Positions 1 through 11,776 of a stretch of DNA of 25,421 nt are shown piece after piece (position 1 is the stretch's first letter; each line of letters begins with the position of its first letter). The notes under the pieces are model-generated. The model saw nothing but the letters and a program-made list of their open reading frames with translations, did no database searches and was not told the DNA's origin. The DNA is taken from the NCBI GenBank assembly GCA_030141605.1, contig JAQGDQ010001791.1, positions 1-25,421 of the forward strand, given 5' to 3'. Both the position numbers and the translations under genes were made by a program. The stretch comes from Tubiluchus corallicola (taxonomy: Eukaryota > Animalia > Priapulida).

Positions 1-661
1 CATAGAGACAGAGAGAGACAGAGAGAGAGACACACAGAGACAACGAGAGACACAGAGAGACACAGAGAGACAGAGAGAGACAGGGAGAGAGAGAGAGACA
101 GAGAGAGACACAGAGAGACAAAGAGAGACAAAGAGAGACACAGAGAGGCAGATGGAGAGACAGAGAGAGACACACAGAGACAGAGAGACACAGAGAGACA
201 GACAGAGACATAAAAAGAGACAGAGAGAGACACAGAGGGACAGAGAGAGACAGAGACAGAGAGAGAAACACAGAGAGACAGACAGAGACACAGAGAGACA
301 GACAGAGACACAAAGAGACAGAAAGCGACGGAGAGAGACACAGAGAGACAGAGAGAGGCACAGAGACACAGAGAGAGACAGAGAGAGACACAGAGAGACA
401 CACACAGAGAGACACAGAGAGGGACACAGAAAGACAGAGAGACAGACAGAGACAGAGACAGAGAGTGACACAGAGAGAGACACAGAGAGACAGAGACAGA
501 CACAGAGAGACACAGAGAGAGAGAGAGAGAGAGAAGGACACAGAGAGACAGAGAGAGACAAAGAGAGACAGAGAGAGACACAGAGACACAGAGAGACAGA
601 GACAGAGAGAGAGAGACACAGAGAGACAGAGAGAGAGACAGACAGAGACACAGAGAGACAT
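1..661. repeat. GA/CA-rich compound microsatellite (AGAGAC / ACAGAGAGAG-type)
   Basis: Almost purely A/G/C degenerate dinucleotide repeat. It explains ORFs 152..670 and 465..812. It is the same family as 23605-24000 and shares the rare variant CAGAGAGGCAGATGGAGA (141-158 and 23720-23737). Confidence 0.97.
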
Positions 662-1280
662 AAACTGTAATTTATCGTTTCTTTTTGAAATTTTCATTTT
701 TTATTCAGAATTATTAATAATTCGTACTAATTTTTTTCCGATTTATGTCACATTCAAGATCGAATCTCGTCAATTTATGGACGAGCTGGCCAAAATTTTA
801 TTAATGATCTAAGTATGCCTGGTCAAGCTGTAAATAAACATATATTAATTATACTTCAAATACCCGCCCCAGTGGAGTTATGAGAATTTTAAAACAAGGT
901 GTCATTCAGACTGTAGCAGACACGCATCTTTCATGAGCTCATGATACCTACTGAAAGAGAATCTCAATTCATCAAACTCAATGTGGCAATAGGGCAAGAC
1001 CCCTACTATATATACCACAGAGCAACTAGTCCTGGATCATTCATTTACTGCCTGTAATGATGTGACAAATATAGGTCATTTTTTTACGTCAAAATGGCCA
1101 AAATCCGAAAAAAATCAAAATGGCGGCCTATCTCCGAAACGGCTCATTTTTGATATCTAATATTTTGGCTGTGGGGTACATCTGAGGGGATCATCCAACC
1201 CTGTGAATATGAACAAAATCGGTGATTTGTCACCTTCCACTATTTTTTGACTTTTGCATGGTTTTCTCGCGGAATGACTC
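662..1280. mobile_element. Right part of a Sola3-like non-autonomous DNA transposon (left part at 23275-23604)
   Basis: Ends CGGAATGACTC|TTAA (1270-1280, TTAA 1281-1284). This is the exact reverse complement of TTAA|GAGTCATTCCG at 23271-23285. GAG...CTC termini with a TTAA TSD are characteristic of Sola3. The family name is inferred from the termini only; no transposase is seen. Confidence 0.6.
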
Positions 1281-1284
1281 TTAA

Positions 1285-1426
1285 GTCCACTTAGAGGCTC
1301 TCTGTGGTCACAAAATTGTAATTTGTTGCTGGCTCCAAGGGGGCTTCACCCCCCTTGAACGCCTACGCGTCCCCCCAACCCCCGGCCTGTTTCAGAGTTT
1401 TTTGCAATTTGTCATTCTCATCCCTG
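1285..1426. mobile_element. Right end of a hAT-like non-autonomous element (left end at 22902)
   Basis: Ends ATTCTCATCCCTG (1414-1426), the reverse complement of CAGGGATGAGAAT at 22902-22914. It is followed by CTGTAT (1427-1432), and CTGTAT also precedes 22902 (22896-22901). GC-rich subterminal tract at 1339-1389. Confidence 0.7.
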
Positions 1427-1688
1427 CTGTATAAAAGTGGAGTTCTCTGCTCTCCACTTAGATTAATCAACAGCGGTGTAAACTCCATTTCATCATTTTT
1501 TTAATGTATTTCATGTAATTTGCAAAAAAAGGTATCGTTTTTCTTACACATCATCCTGTTGTTTTGTGGGTGGATGTCAGAAGAGTTGTAAACTGCTTGG
1601 CCTCTGCATCTGCTGGTATCAACGCAGCCTGGGTAGTTTCAGCCCCTATCGACGAAGTACCGCCTGCAGTTCAATATTTAAAAAAATA

Positions 1689-2299
1689 TTTTTGAGAGTG
1701 TCTTTTCTAAAATAAGTGCACTTTTTGTATTGATTTTTGAGAGTATTTGTCTCTTTTCTAAAATAATTGTACTTTTTGTATTGATTTTTGAGAGTATTTG
1801 TCTCTTTTCTAAAATAAGTGCACTTTTTGTATTGATTTTTGAGAGTATTTGTCTCTTTTCTAAAATAAGTGCACTTTTTGTATTGATTTTTGAGAGTTTT
1901 GTCTCTTTTCTAAAATAAGTGCACTTTTTCTATTGATTTTTTAGAGTATTTGTCTCTTTTCTAAAATAAGTGCACTTTTTGTAATGATTTTTTAGAGTAT
2001 TTGTCTCTTTTCTAAAATAAGTGCACTTTTTGTATTGATTTTTTAGAGTATTTGTCTCTTTTCTAAAATAATTGTACTTTTTGTATTGATTTTTGAGAGT
2101 ATTTGTCTCTTTTCTAAAATAAGTGCACTTTTTGTATTGATTTTTGAGAGTATTTGTCTCTTTTCTAAAATAAGTGCACTTTTTGTATTGATTTTTGAGA
2201 GTATTTGTCTCTTTTCTAAAATAAGTGCACTTTTTGTATTGATTTTTGAGAGTATTTGTCTCTTTTCTAAAATAAGTGCACTTTTTCTATTGATTTTTT
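1689..2299. repeat. 51-bp T-rich tandem minisatellite, about 12 copies
   Basis: Unit TTTTGAGAGTATTTGTCTCTTTTCTAAAATAAGTGCACTTTTTGTATTGAT. It produces the 17-aa IFESICLFSKISALFVL repeats in ORFs 1730 and 2086 and ends just before the splice acceptor at 2311-2312. Confidence 0.97.
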
Positions 2300-2312
2300 A
2301 CGTTTTACACAG

Positions 2313-2492
2313 AAAAGCTCGCTCCGGCTCCATGTCAAATGTGGATTGGTCTATTCCACCGACAGCTCGCATGAATTACAGCAAAATGTTCAACCAGTAC
2401 GATAGAAACAGTTCAGGTTATATTCCTGGCGTAGAAGCACGCGGCATCCTGATGAGATCCAATCTATCACAACCAATTCTAGCTCAGATCTG
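2313..2492 (+). CDS. ITSN1: Intersectin exon: end of linker plus first half of the second EH domain (EH2)
   Basis: TTTTACACAG acceptor and TG|GTACGG donor, 180 nt, phase 2/2. Translates (S)KARSGSMSNVDWSIPPTARMNYSKMFNQYDRNSSGYIPGVEARGILMRSNLSQPILAQI(W), which matches the EH consensus W.I....R..Y...F...D....G.I.G..AR.IL..S.L....LA.IW. The symbol is used for the single invertebrate intersectin (ITSN1/2, Dap160). Confidence 0.88.
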
Positions 2493-2989
2493 GTACGGCT
2501 TTTAGTTACCGTTGTTAACCTACGGCGTTAAGTCTTTCAGTAGCGTAAGCGTTTGTGGCATTTTGCACGGGTTCATGAAACACTGTTATGTTTCGTAATT
2601 TTTGTAGGTTTCCACGCCTCACTCAATGGATTTTCATACAAAATTTTACATGAAATGCATTTGCTTACCTTGGACAAATTAAAAATAGATTTGGAGTGCA
2701 AAAATTGAAAAAGGCTTTCAGTAACTGCAGTGTTTGTGCTCTAACAAAGTACAGTATCACTTGTGTGAAATCAACTAATGCAGAAAATTTCAACTATCCA
2801 GACACAACACTCTGATACACTTTGGCCTCAAATCTCCTCTATTTTTAAGGAGAAATTCCTGTTAAAAGACGAAATGACTTTAATTTCTTCTTGGCTGATC
2901 GGTTAGTTTTTCCTGGAATAGCAGCACAGCACTGCACAGCTTGGACTGTACCAAGCAGGCGATCAATAAATTAATGTGTGCTATCACGC

Positions 2990-2997
2990 NNNNNNNN
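2990..2997. other. Assembly gap (8 N)
   Basis: Run of N separating contig 1-2989 from the rest of the window. Confidence 1.
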
Positions 2998-5441
2998 TTT
3001 CATTAAATGATTAAGTCTTTTTGCATTTCAGATAATTTTTCTTTGTAATGGCACCTCTTGAAAAGTGTTTTAAGCATATTTTAATAAGCACATAAAAACG
3101 TGAAAAATTTTCAGACTTTTAGGGCTTATTGGACTCTAAAAGTAAAAGTAAAAAAGCAAGAATTTGTACTATTTTGCAATTTGAATTTCCTGATTTTTAG
3201 CTTCTGAAAAAGGTTTCAAAAAATATCTAAAATACAAAAAATCGTTGGTTCACTGGGTATGTCCTGGGCCCAGTCGGGGGAATTTACAGGCTCCCTAGTT
3301 AGCATTTTGACTACTGACTTCGGTTCATGGCGGGGTGGCAAGCCTAGGCAGAGTAGACTAGCAGCAAAACAATGACAGCTGTAATTACACAATTGAACAA
3401 AACAAAGCTATTACATTATAGGTTTTACTGGCTATTTAATAAATAATCCATAAATATAGCTTACTTAAATAATTATATTGAACAAAATGCCTGTCCAGCC
3501 AGTCAGGCACACCTTATTTCAAGAGAAATTCGTAATCTTTTCACAAAATGTAGGCAAGCAGTAGACGCACTCTTCATCTGCTGCACCCGTTGTTTCAATT
3601 TGCATTTCTTGAGCAGCTATGCCTGTGCGGTGACTGAGCCAAATTACTCAGAGTCTGCTAAGTGCTAACTCACAAGTACGATTCTACAATGGAGAATCGG
3701 TGCGTTGATAGCAATCTAAAACAACAGACGCACGCAGAAAACGTAGTCAGAAGGTCATGAAAACATAGTACGCCAGAAAGCCAATTAATTTATTTTAATT
3801 TTCTAACAAAGTTTTAGAGTTAATCATAGAACACGGGAGCACCAATCTTTGATAATATACTTCTAAAAAGTCTTTGACGATATACTAGAAGTTTTGGTGT
3901 GCACATGGTTAGTATACATGCTGCAACTCGCTAACTGGTGACGCTATTAGAGGTTATGAGAAGAGGTGAAACAAGCAAAACAAACTTGGAGGGTGCGGGC
4001 TAAAAACAGTTAGATTTACAGACAGCTTAGGTGAAATGGCACCCTCATGGCAGAAACAGCAGAGGGTGTTTACATATTACATATTTACCCATTGCATATT
4101 CAATGCTGATAAAGTCTACCGCAAAGCCTAATTTTACCTACGAAAATTCAGTCATACAGCTTCGGTCACAAAATTCTGGAATACAGTGAATAATACAGCT
4201 TAAAATATTAGTACATGATCACAATCCTGAGAAATATGCAGTCTTCTTTTACATAGGGTGTTTCAATTTCTAATCACTGCATGATGCAGCCTTGGTTTGT
4301 TCTGTGCGTCAACTCCGTACTAGTTATGCAATTAGTGTTTGTGCAATGAACAGCTTAGTATGCTGCAACCTATTCTTTTTTTAGCAGTTTAAACAATGAA
4401 ACTTCAACATTGTCCAAAATATAAGCAAAGTGTATAAAGAGGAAGTGACGAAATTAGCCTGTTGTTACGTATTTCATTTTTGCGATTAGCGGCTATGCTG
4501 GCGGCATCAAACGGCGAATCAGTAAAAAATTTGGAGCGCCGCATTGACTGTAATAATAATATTATTAAGTGCACCAGCGGTGTTGGCATACGTGCAATTT
4601 TGATAAGCCAAAATCACTTTTGCGTTTTTTATAAAAGAAGTATATCTCAATTAAAAGCAATTATTAGTTTAAAAAAACTGAAAACATTTCATGAAAAGGA
4701 AAAAAATTGTAGCAATAAGTTTGTATTATGTACTTGCAAATGCCTGTTCAGTTTTCTTGTAAATAAAATTTTATTGTTTTTCCTGAGGAAAGAGGCTAGC
4801 TGACTGCGTGATGGGCTGCCTACTATGTAAAAAAGTAATGCATTTTTCATTGATTTTTCTCTCCCTCCCTCTCTTAGAGAGAAAGAGAAGGATGGAGAGA
4901 GGGAGAGAAAGAGACACAGAGAAAGGGAGAGAGAGAGAGAGAAAGAGAGATCACGTTAACTAATGATTAGTATAAGCCTCTTACCTATTTTGTGCCTATG
5001 CGTAATAAGGAAAAGCAAATCCTGTTTATCTTGTTCAGCGATTACTGCAAGTCCAAATCGCAGACCACTTCAAAAAATCATCCATTCTTCATCTTTCTCC
5101 AGGTAACTTAAAGCATGTCACAAGCTAGACTTGTGCAAAAAATCCGAGCTCTCGGGTCTCTCCACAACAATAATTCTTTGTCCATTGTTGTCTATTATTT
5201 CACTACCTCGTGCATCCAGCAATTTAATGTTATTAAAAGTAAGAGTCGCCGACTGTCTAAACGTCTCGTCTATTTAAACCCACAAAAATAACCAATTTCT
5301 CTCACGTAATCAAATTTCGCTGCACCTCAAACTGGTCAGGTAAGTACTAAACAGGTGGGTAACTTAAAAATGAAAAGGCCATCTAGTCGAAAATTAGAAG
5401 ATTGTAGAAGCAAAACAACAGCTGATGAAACAATTAAAAAA

Positions 5442-6233
5442 TTAATGATTTGACAGTTTAAGGTACTTCCTTGATTTTCGAGGCTTACTTTTAAATTCTT
5501 GATTTATAAATTTTAAGGTGTAGTAGATACAAACTTTGACGAAGCGTTCCACAAGGTGGCGCACACTATTGTTGCAGAGTTTCATGTTTTGACATGTGAC
5601 ATTGGACATTATTTTTTTCTTAATAACATGAGACACATTCTGTACAGTACAGTATTGGTTAAATGTCGCTCTAAATTGGTTTTCTGCCAGACGTAGATGT
5701 ATAAATTTTCATTTTCACGTATCTTGGATTCGTCTTGTATATCCCGGAGAGAGCATAAATCACAACCACGGATATGTTTTTTATCTAATGCGTATATTAT
5801 CTACCCAGCTACATAATTTCTGCCATTACTGTCAAGGTGGCCTAAATTATTCGCCTGGTAATGGGTCTACTGATTCAATTTCAAAATCACACTTGTCAAA
5901 TGTCACATTAGTAAGAGGAGTTGAGGCCCTTGAGTTGGACGTACTTGGTCTAAGTTCATCAGTAAGAGGAGTTGAGGCCCTTGAGTTGGACGTACTTGGT
6001 CTAAGTTCATCAGTAAGAGGAGTTGAGGCCCTTGAGTTGGACGTACTTGGTCTAACTTCATCAGTAAGAGGAGTTGAGGCCCTTGAGGTGGATGTACTTG
6101 GTCTAACTTCATCAGTAAGAGGAGTTGAGGCCCTTGAGGTGGACGAACTAGGTCTAAGTTCATCAAGAGTTAATAATATGTTTGCCATGTTGTCTGTTGC
6201 GCAATTACCCGTTTCTGGTGGCCTTAATGTCAA
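5442..6233 (-). pseudogene. P-element/THAP9-like transposase C-terminal remnant (mirror copy)
   Basis: Reverse complement of 12279-13070. Confidence 0.72.
5910..6164. repeat. 51-bp tandem repeat, 5 copies, inside the transposase remnant
   Basis: Unit AGTAAGAGGAGTTGAGGCCCTTGAGTTGGACGTACTTGGTCTAAGTTCATC. It explains the 17-aa repeats in ORFs 5788, 5847 and 5903. Confidence 0.97.
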
Positions 6234-6735
6234 TGGGCTAACTAGGCAGCCCTGGACGCCAGATTGAATAATTCTTATTTTCTCGTCTGTAAGAGGTTAG
6301 ATGTTCCGGCTTTATATAAGTGCGACATAATAAACAAGTACATTTACTTCATAAAAGGTACTACACCATAAGCAGTTGCGTAGCCTTTAGGTATAAGTGT
6401 TGTGCAAATGCAGAATAAGAACATTTTAAATAGGAAAAATATTTCTCCAGAAATAGAATACTACATGAGCCGGGTCATTTGCAAACTTTCTCTATAATCA
6501 GCTTTCTTAACTTCTTTTGTAAATAAGCTTATTAATTTTTATGAGATATGAATATAATAATTTTTATTTTAACTAATAATTCTAAATAATATTGAAAAAT
6601 ATCACAGCTGCTATAAATCGGCAAAGACAGATGTAGGCCTTGCAGTCTTTGCTTAGTGTACAAAAAATTAATAATATTTTAATTTGTAACAAAAGTTACA
6701 AAACTGTGTTGAAATTAACATTTTAGTATAATTAC

Positions 6736-6830
6736 CTGGCGGCATCCTTTGGAAATTTAAAAAAAGATATTCTAGTGTTTATGTCTGTATTTTTACAATT
6801 CACCGACCGGCCTGGCTTTGGTGAAGGCAT
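6736..6830 (-). pseudogene. THAP zinc-finger first exon remnant (mirror copy)
   Basis: Reverse complement of 11682-11776. Confidence 0.72.
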
Positions 6831-7065
6831 CTCATAAATTCGTCTGCTAAATACCGGTGCGCGAACAGCTGCGCTGTAGCGTACCTGACAACAACAGTCC
6901 GTACTGAATTGCCGCTAGGGCGACACTAACTGCGCGAACTACTGCGCAGAAGGATTTCCCTACTTTTTGTGGTTTATATTCTTTGATATAAGCCCTTTCT
7001 CGTGTTATAGGCTGATGATTACGAAAAAGAACGTTCAAATAGACATATTCTTTTTCCGTAAGTTG

Positions 7066-7308
<243 letters not shown>

Positions 7309-7784
7309 TGGTTAAATCATCTGTTCTTCCTCTTTCTAAAGAGCCTCATATCTCCTCTCGAGAGTCACACCAGGCGCCGCTAGTGCGTTTTTTTCCGCAG
7401 GTTGTTTAGTCAAAATTTCGAAAAAATGGCGAGTTGGGTCCGGGAAAACGCCCGTTGCGGGACGCAGTGGCCCTCTCGCAAATTCTAGATATGCCTACTA
7501 CACCCATCGCTGAACGGGCTATCTATCCATAGCCAGCACCCCCCTCGGCCCGTTCCCGTTCTCCAGATCTCAGGCGTATAACTTTTGCAAAAAACGGCCG
7601 AAAAATGGACATTTTTGGAGGTAATTTGCCCCCCGTTCGTCCCGGTGGGCCCGATTCGAAAAATAAACCGCCAATGGCACGGCACTAGATCGAGACCCTT
7701 CGTTTGATGTATAACCGCAAATGGTGCCGCCGTCGGAGCTGTAGCCTCGAATCTTATATATATATATATATATATACCAGTAGA

Positions 7785-7827
7785 TTTAATATATACGACT
7801 AGCAAAGGCCCCGCAAAAGATTTTGCG
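7785..7827 (-). mobile_element. Possible Helitron 3' terminus abutting a Helitron-like 5' terminus
   Basis: The minus strand reads CGCAAAA-TC-TTTTGCG (hairpin, 7812-7827), 9 nt, CTAG (7799-7802), then immediately TCGTATATATTAAA. Hairpin plus CTRR and a 5'-TC start are the Helitron hallmarks. No Rep/helicase is seen and the other ends were not located. Confidence 0.45.
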
Positions 7828-8611
7828 TATAAATACACGTATCCAGCATCACAAAACGTGTTTGTTCGAATTAAATAGCATGTTAAAAAGGAACAGAAGC
7901 ACTTGGCAACCCCATATCAATTCTTGTTACTCATCAATTCTTTAATTTTTCAAAGAGTATAACAACATTAAAAATAATCATACATTATAATAATAGTATT
8001 AATTAGTTTAATCTATAAGCGCTATTCATTCAACTCAAAGTATTTTAAAGTCCTTAATTGTAGCTTATAATTTACTTATAGTTTTTAAAATGACTATATC
8101 GTGGAAGTCACACATAATCAAACTATGGCTACTGATTTTACCACAATTGTTTTTATAAAATACTCTGGTGTTGTCAACAAAACGAAAATGTTAGTAAAAT
8201 ATATATAGGCAGAGCAGATGATGTTACATAGCCAAAATTTTACTGAGCGTTATTTCTTGAGCTTGTGTGCAGTAATTACCAGAATGTAAAAGTACACCAT
8301 CTCAGTAATTTTGACTGTTATCCCTTATGTGCATTTCTTCTTATTTAAAACGAATTATTTTTTACCATTTATAAAGTAATTTTTACGAGTTTTATTTAAC
8401 TAAAGAATTATTTAAGTTTAACTGAAACTATTTAATGACGCAAATAAGGTGTTGTATTAAAGCTTCAATAATTCTAACGTCTGTGGATGGAATAGATTTT
8501 AACAGACAGAATGATGAGAACATCTCCTATTTCTTCAGTTTTATTTTCCCAAACGTTTTCCTCTGTGTGTTTCAACTGAAAAGATACAAAAGAGCAATTT
8601 TATTCTAGATG

Positions 8612-9708
8612 TAGTTATGGCTATGCACATAATACAGATGATATTAGAGACATAGTCCACAGCTAGTTATGGCTATGAACATAATACAGATGATATTAGA
8701 GACATAGTCCACAGCTAGTTATGGCTATGCACATAATACAGATGATATTAGAGACATAGTCCACAGCTAGTTATGGCTGTGCACATAATACAGATGATAT
8801 TAGAGACATAGTCCACAGCTAGTTATGGCTATGCACATAATACAGATGATATTAGAGACATAGTCCACAGCTAGTTATGGCTGTGCACATAATACAGATG
8901 ATATTAGAGACATAGTCCACAGCTAGTTATGGCTATGCACATAATACAGATGATATTAGAGACATAGTCCACAGCTAGTTATGGCTGTGCACATAATACA
9001 GATGATATTAGAGACATAGTCCACAGCTAGTTATGGCTATGCACATAATACAGATGATATTAGAGACATAGTCCACAGCTAGTTATGGCTATGCACATAA
9101 TACAGATGATATTAGAGACATAGTCCACAGCTAGTTATGGCTATGCACATAATACAGATGATATTAGAGACATAGTCCACAGCTAGTTATGGCTATGCAC
9201 ATAATACAGATAATATTAGAGACATAGTCCACAGCTAGTTATGGCTATGCACATAATACAGATGATATTAGAGACATAGTCCACAGCTAGTTATGGCTAT
9301 GCGCATAATACAGATGATATTAGAGACATAGTCCACAGCTAGTTATGGCTATGCACATAATACAGATGATATTAGAGACATAGTCCACAGCTAGTTATGG
9401 CTATGCACATAATACAGATGATATTAGAGACATAGTCCACAGCTAGTTATGGCTATGCACATAATACAGATGATATTAGAGACATAGTCCACAGCTAGTT
9501 ATGGCTATGCACATAATACAAATGATATTAGAGACATAGTCCACAGCTAGTTATGGCTATGCACATAATACAGATGATATTAGAGACATAGTCCACAGCT
9601 AGTTATGGCTATGCACATAATACAGATGATATTAGAGACATAGTCCACAGCTAGTTATGGCTATGCACATAATACAGATGATATTAGAGACATAATCCAC
9701 AGCTAGTT
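8612..9708. repeat. 52-bp tandem minisatellite, about 21 highly homogeneous copies
   Basis: Unit GCTAGTTATGGCTATGCACATAATACAGATGATATTAGAGACATAGTCCACA; period 52 (e.g. 8661 to 8713); only scattered single substitutions. Confidence 0.98.
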
Positions 9709-9966
9709 GTGGCACGTAAGGCCACTGTAAACCCTTGCAAATGGCTAGCAGTTCCAAACACGGTCTAAAGATGGTCTTAGAAAAGTCAGCGTTTACGTAA
9801 TTATTTCCTTTGAAGAATATTTGGTGCAAGTGCGGGTATTTAAGATTGTGTATTTTATCTGTCAAATCTATTAAGTAAAGCCCACAAGTGAAGTTACTGA
9901 ACTGATACGGCACATACTGAAAACTTGATATTGTTAAATGTGGATGGCCCCTAAACATATCAAGAG

Positions 9967-10537
9967 TTATTACAAACTTGTCTAACACACTAAAAAAGCT
10001 TACCACACAAGCCGTTGTTACGAACTTGTGTAACATACTAAAAAAGCTTACCACACAAGCCGTTGTTACGAACTTGTGTAACATACTAAAAAAGCTTACC
10101 ACACAAGCCACTGTTACAAACTTGTGTAACATACTAAAAAAGCTTACCACACAAGCCTTCGTTATAAATCTTTCCACTAACTTGTGTAACATACTAAAAA
10201 AGCTTACCACACAAGCCTTCGTTATAAATCTTTCCACTAAGTTGTGTAACATACTGAAAAAGCTTACCACACAAGCCATTGTTACGAACTCGTGTAACAT
10301 ACTGAAAAAGCTTACCACACAAGCCATTGTTACGAACTTGTGTAACATACTAAAAAGCTTACCACACAAGCCATTGTTACGAACTCGTGTAACATACTGA
10401 AAAAGCTTACCACACAAGCCATTGTTACGAACTCGTGTAACATACTGAAAAAGCTTACCACACAAGCCATTGTTACGAACTTGTGTAACATACTAAAAAA
10501 GCTTACCACACAAGTTGTTGTTACAAATCTTTCCACT
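9967..10537. repeat. 48-bp tandem repeat, about 11 copies, with 60-bp variant units
   Basis: Unit TTGTGTAACATACTAAAAAAGCTTACCACACAAGCCATTGTTACGAAC; some units carry an extra 12 nt (AATCTTTCCACT). It explains ORFs 9632, 9978, 10330 and 10481. Confidence 0.96.
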
Positions 10538-10807
10538 TGGGCAGTTGCTACAGGCTGCTCCTATTTCATACGGCTTAGTCAGATCGTTGACGTTACCCCT
10601 ACAAATAAAATAGTGGACTGCTCATGTGAAAACTTGAAACTTAAGTTAGTTAGAAGATGGTTGTATTGGTCTGCTGCATGTAGTGGCAGTTAACGTGCTG
10701 TCATTTTAAAAAGATAAAATATTTTGAATAAAAAACAATTTGCGAAAAGTCAAGTGGAAACAACAGTAACAATATAAACAACATAGCCATCAATGAAGAG
10801 AGGAACT

Positions 10808-11194
10808 GAGATGAAATGGGGAGAGGTAGTCAGCAGTGCAAACAACAGGCCTGAGCTGAAATGGGGAGGGGGGTAGTCAGCAGTGCAAACAACAGGCCTG
10901 AGCTGAAATGGGAGGGGATGTAGTCAGCAGTGCAAACAACAGGCCTGAGCTGAAATGGGGGGGGGGAGGTAGTCAGCAGTGCAAACAACAGGCCTGAGCT
11001 GAAATGGGGGGGGATGTAGTCAGCAGTGCAAACAACAGGCCTGAGCTGAAATGGGGGGGGGGGTAGTCAGCAGTGCAAACAACAGGCCTGAGCTGAAATG
11101 GGGGAGGGGACGTAGTCAGCAGTGCAAACATCAGGCCTGAGCTTAAATGGGGGGGGGGGAGGGGGTAGGTAGTCAGCAGTGCAAACAGCAGGCT
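10808..11194. repeat. ~47-bp tandem repeat, 8 copies, with a variable poly-G tract
   Basis: Constant part GTAGTCAGCAGTGCAAACAACAGGCCTGAGCTGAAAT, followed by a G-run of variable length and purity. Confidence 0.96.
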
Positions 11195-11371
11195 TGGGAA
11201 TGTTCTAAGGTCCCAGTATTTTAGCGCAAATTAAAGACATCTGAGAGCAGTTCAAGGCTGTTTTATATTCTAAAATAATAACTTCACTTTGTTGAAATAA
11301 TTGTGCATAATATAAAGTTTCACTTAGCTAAATCACGGTTACCCTTTAGTTCGCTGCGTTAATTTTTTTAT

Positions 11372-11384
11372 TGAGAGAGAGAAA

Positions 11385-11442
<58 letters not shown>

Positions 11443-11446
11443 AGAG
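11372..11446. repeat. (GA)n microsatellite
   Basis: Read directly from the sequence; inner boundary of the right inverted arm. Confidence 0.98.
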
Positions 11447-11681
11447 CAACTTACGGAAAAAGAATATGTCTATTTGAACGTTCTTTTTCGTAATCATCAG
11501 CCTATAACACGAGAAAGGGCTTATATCAAAGAATATAAACCACAAAAAGTAGGGAAATCCTTCTGCGCAGTAGTTCGCGCAGTTAGTGTCGCCCTAGCGG
11601 CAATTCAGTACGGACTGTTGTTGTCAGGTACGCTACAGCGCAGCTGTTCGCGCACCGGTATTTAGCAGACGAATTTATGAG

Positions 11682-11776
11682 ATGCCTTCACCAAAGCCAG
11701 GCCGGTCGGTGAATTGTAAAAATACAGACATAAACACTAGAATATCTTTTTTTAAATTTCCAAAGGATGCCGCCAG
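11682..11776 (+). pseudogene. First exon of transposase, N-terminal half of a THAP zinc finger (degenerate)
   Basis: MPSPKPGRSVNCKNTDINTRISFFKFPKDAA(R)|GTAAT matches THAP C.N......SFF.FPKD..R and is followed by a GT donor. The first Cys is missing and no intact second THAP exon was found. Below the ORF-track length cutoff. Confidence 0.75.

Larger units (their letters stand above)
4426..6985 (-). mobile_element. Mirror copy of the deleted P-superfamily (THAP) transposon
   Basis: Reverse complement of 11527-14086, including the TIRs and the flanking ATATAAG duplication (4419-4425 and 6986-6992). Confidence 0.8.

Noticed and set aside
152-812. Arg/Glu-rich ORFs 152..670 and 465..812, and all ORFs at 22177-22524 and 23440-24240
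   Set aside because: These are translations of GA/CA/TG microsatellites, which lack stop codons by composition.
1570-1680. GC-richer patch that could be an extra exon (open on both strands)
   Set aside because: No convincing acceptor/donor pair in the required phase and no recognisable homology. Exon 22650 already joins 2313 in frame.
2313-2492. EH exon belonging to a separate gene (EPS15/REPS-like)
   Set aside because: The splice phase matches exon 22650, the Trp-splitting intron position parallels EH1, and the split transposons link this contig to the intersectin intron.
5788-6267. 159-aa VRGVEALELDVLGLSSS-repeat ORF (and its mirror 12245..12724)
   Set aside because: Antisense shadow of the transposase remnant, kept open by the 51-bp repeat.
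9256-9256. Symmetry axis of the large palindrome falling within the 52-bp array
   Set aside because: The array keeps one orientation across this point; it is only the arithmetic midpoint of a non-palindromic spacer.
9632-10693. ORFs of 277, 140, 68 and 70 aa
   Set aside because: Translations of the 48-bp array on both strands; no recognisable domain.
8612-11194. CRISPR array
   Set aside because: The units are head-to-tail with no unique spacers (only G-run variants in 10808-11194), there are no cas genes, and the context is a spliced eukaryotic gene.
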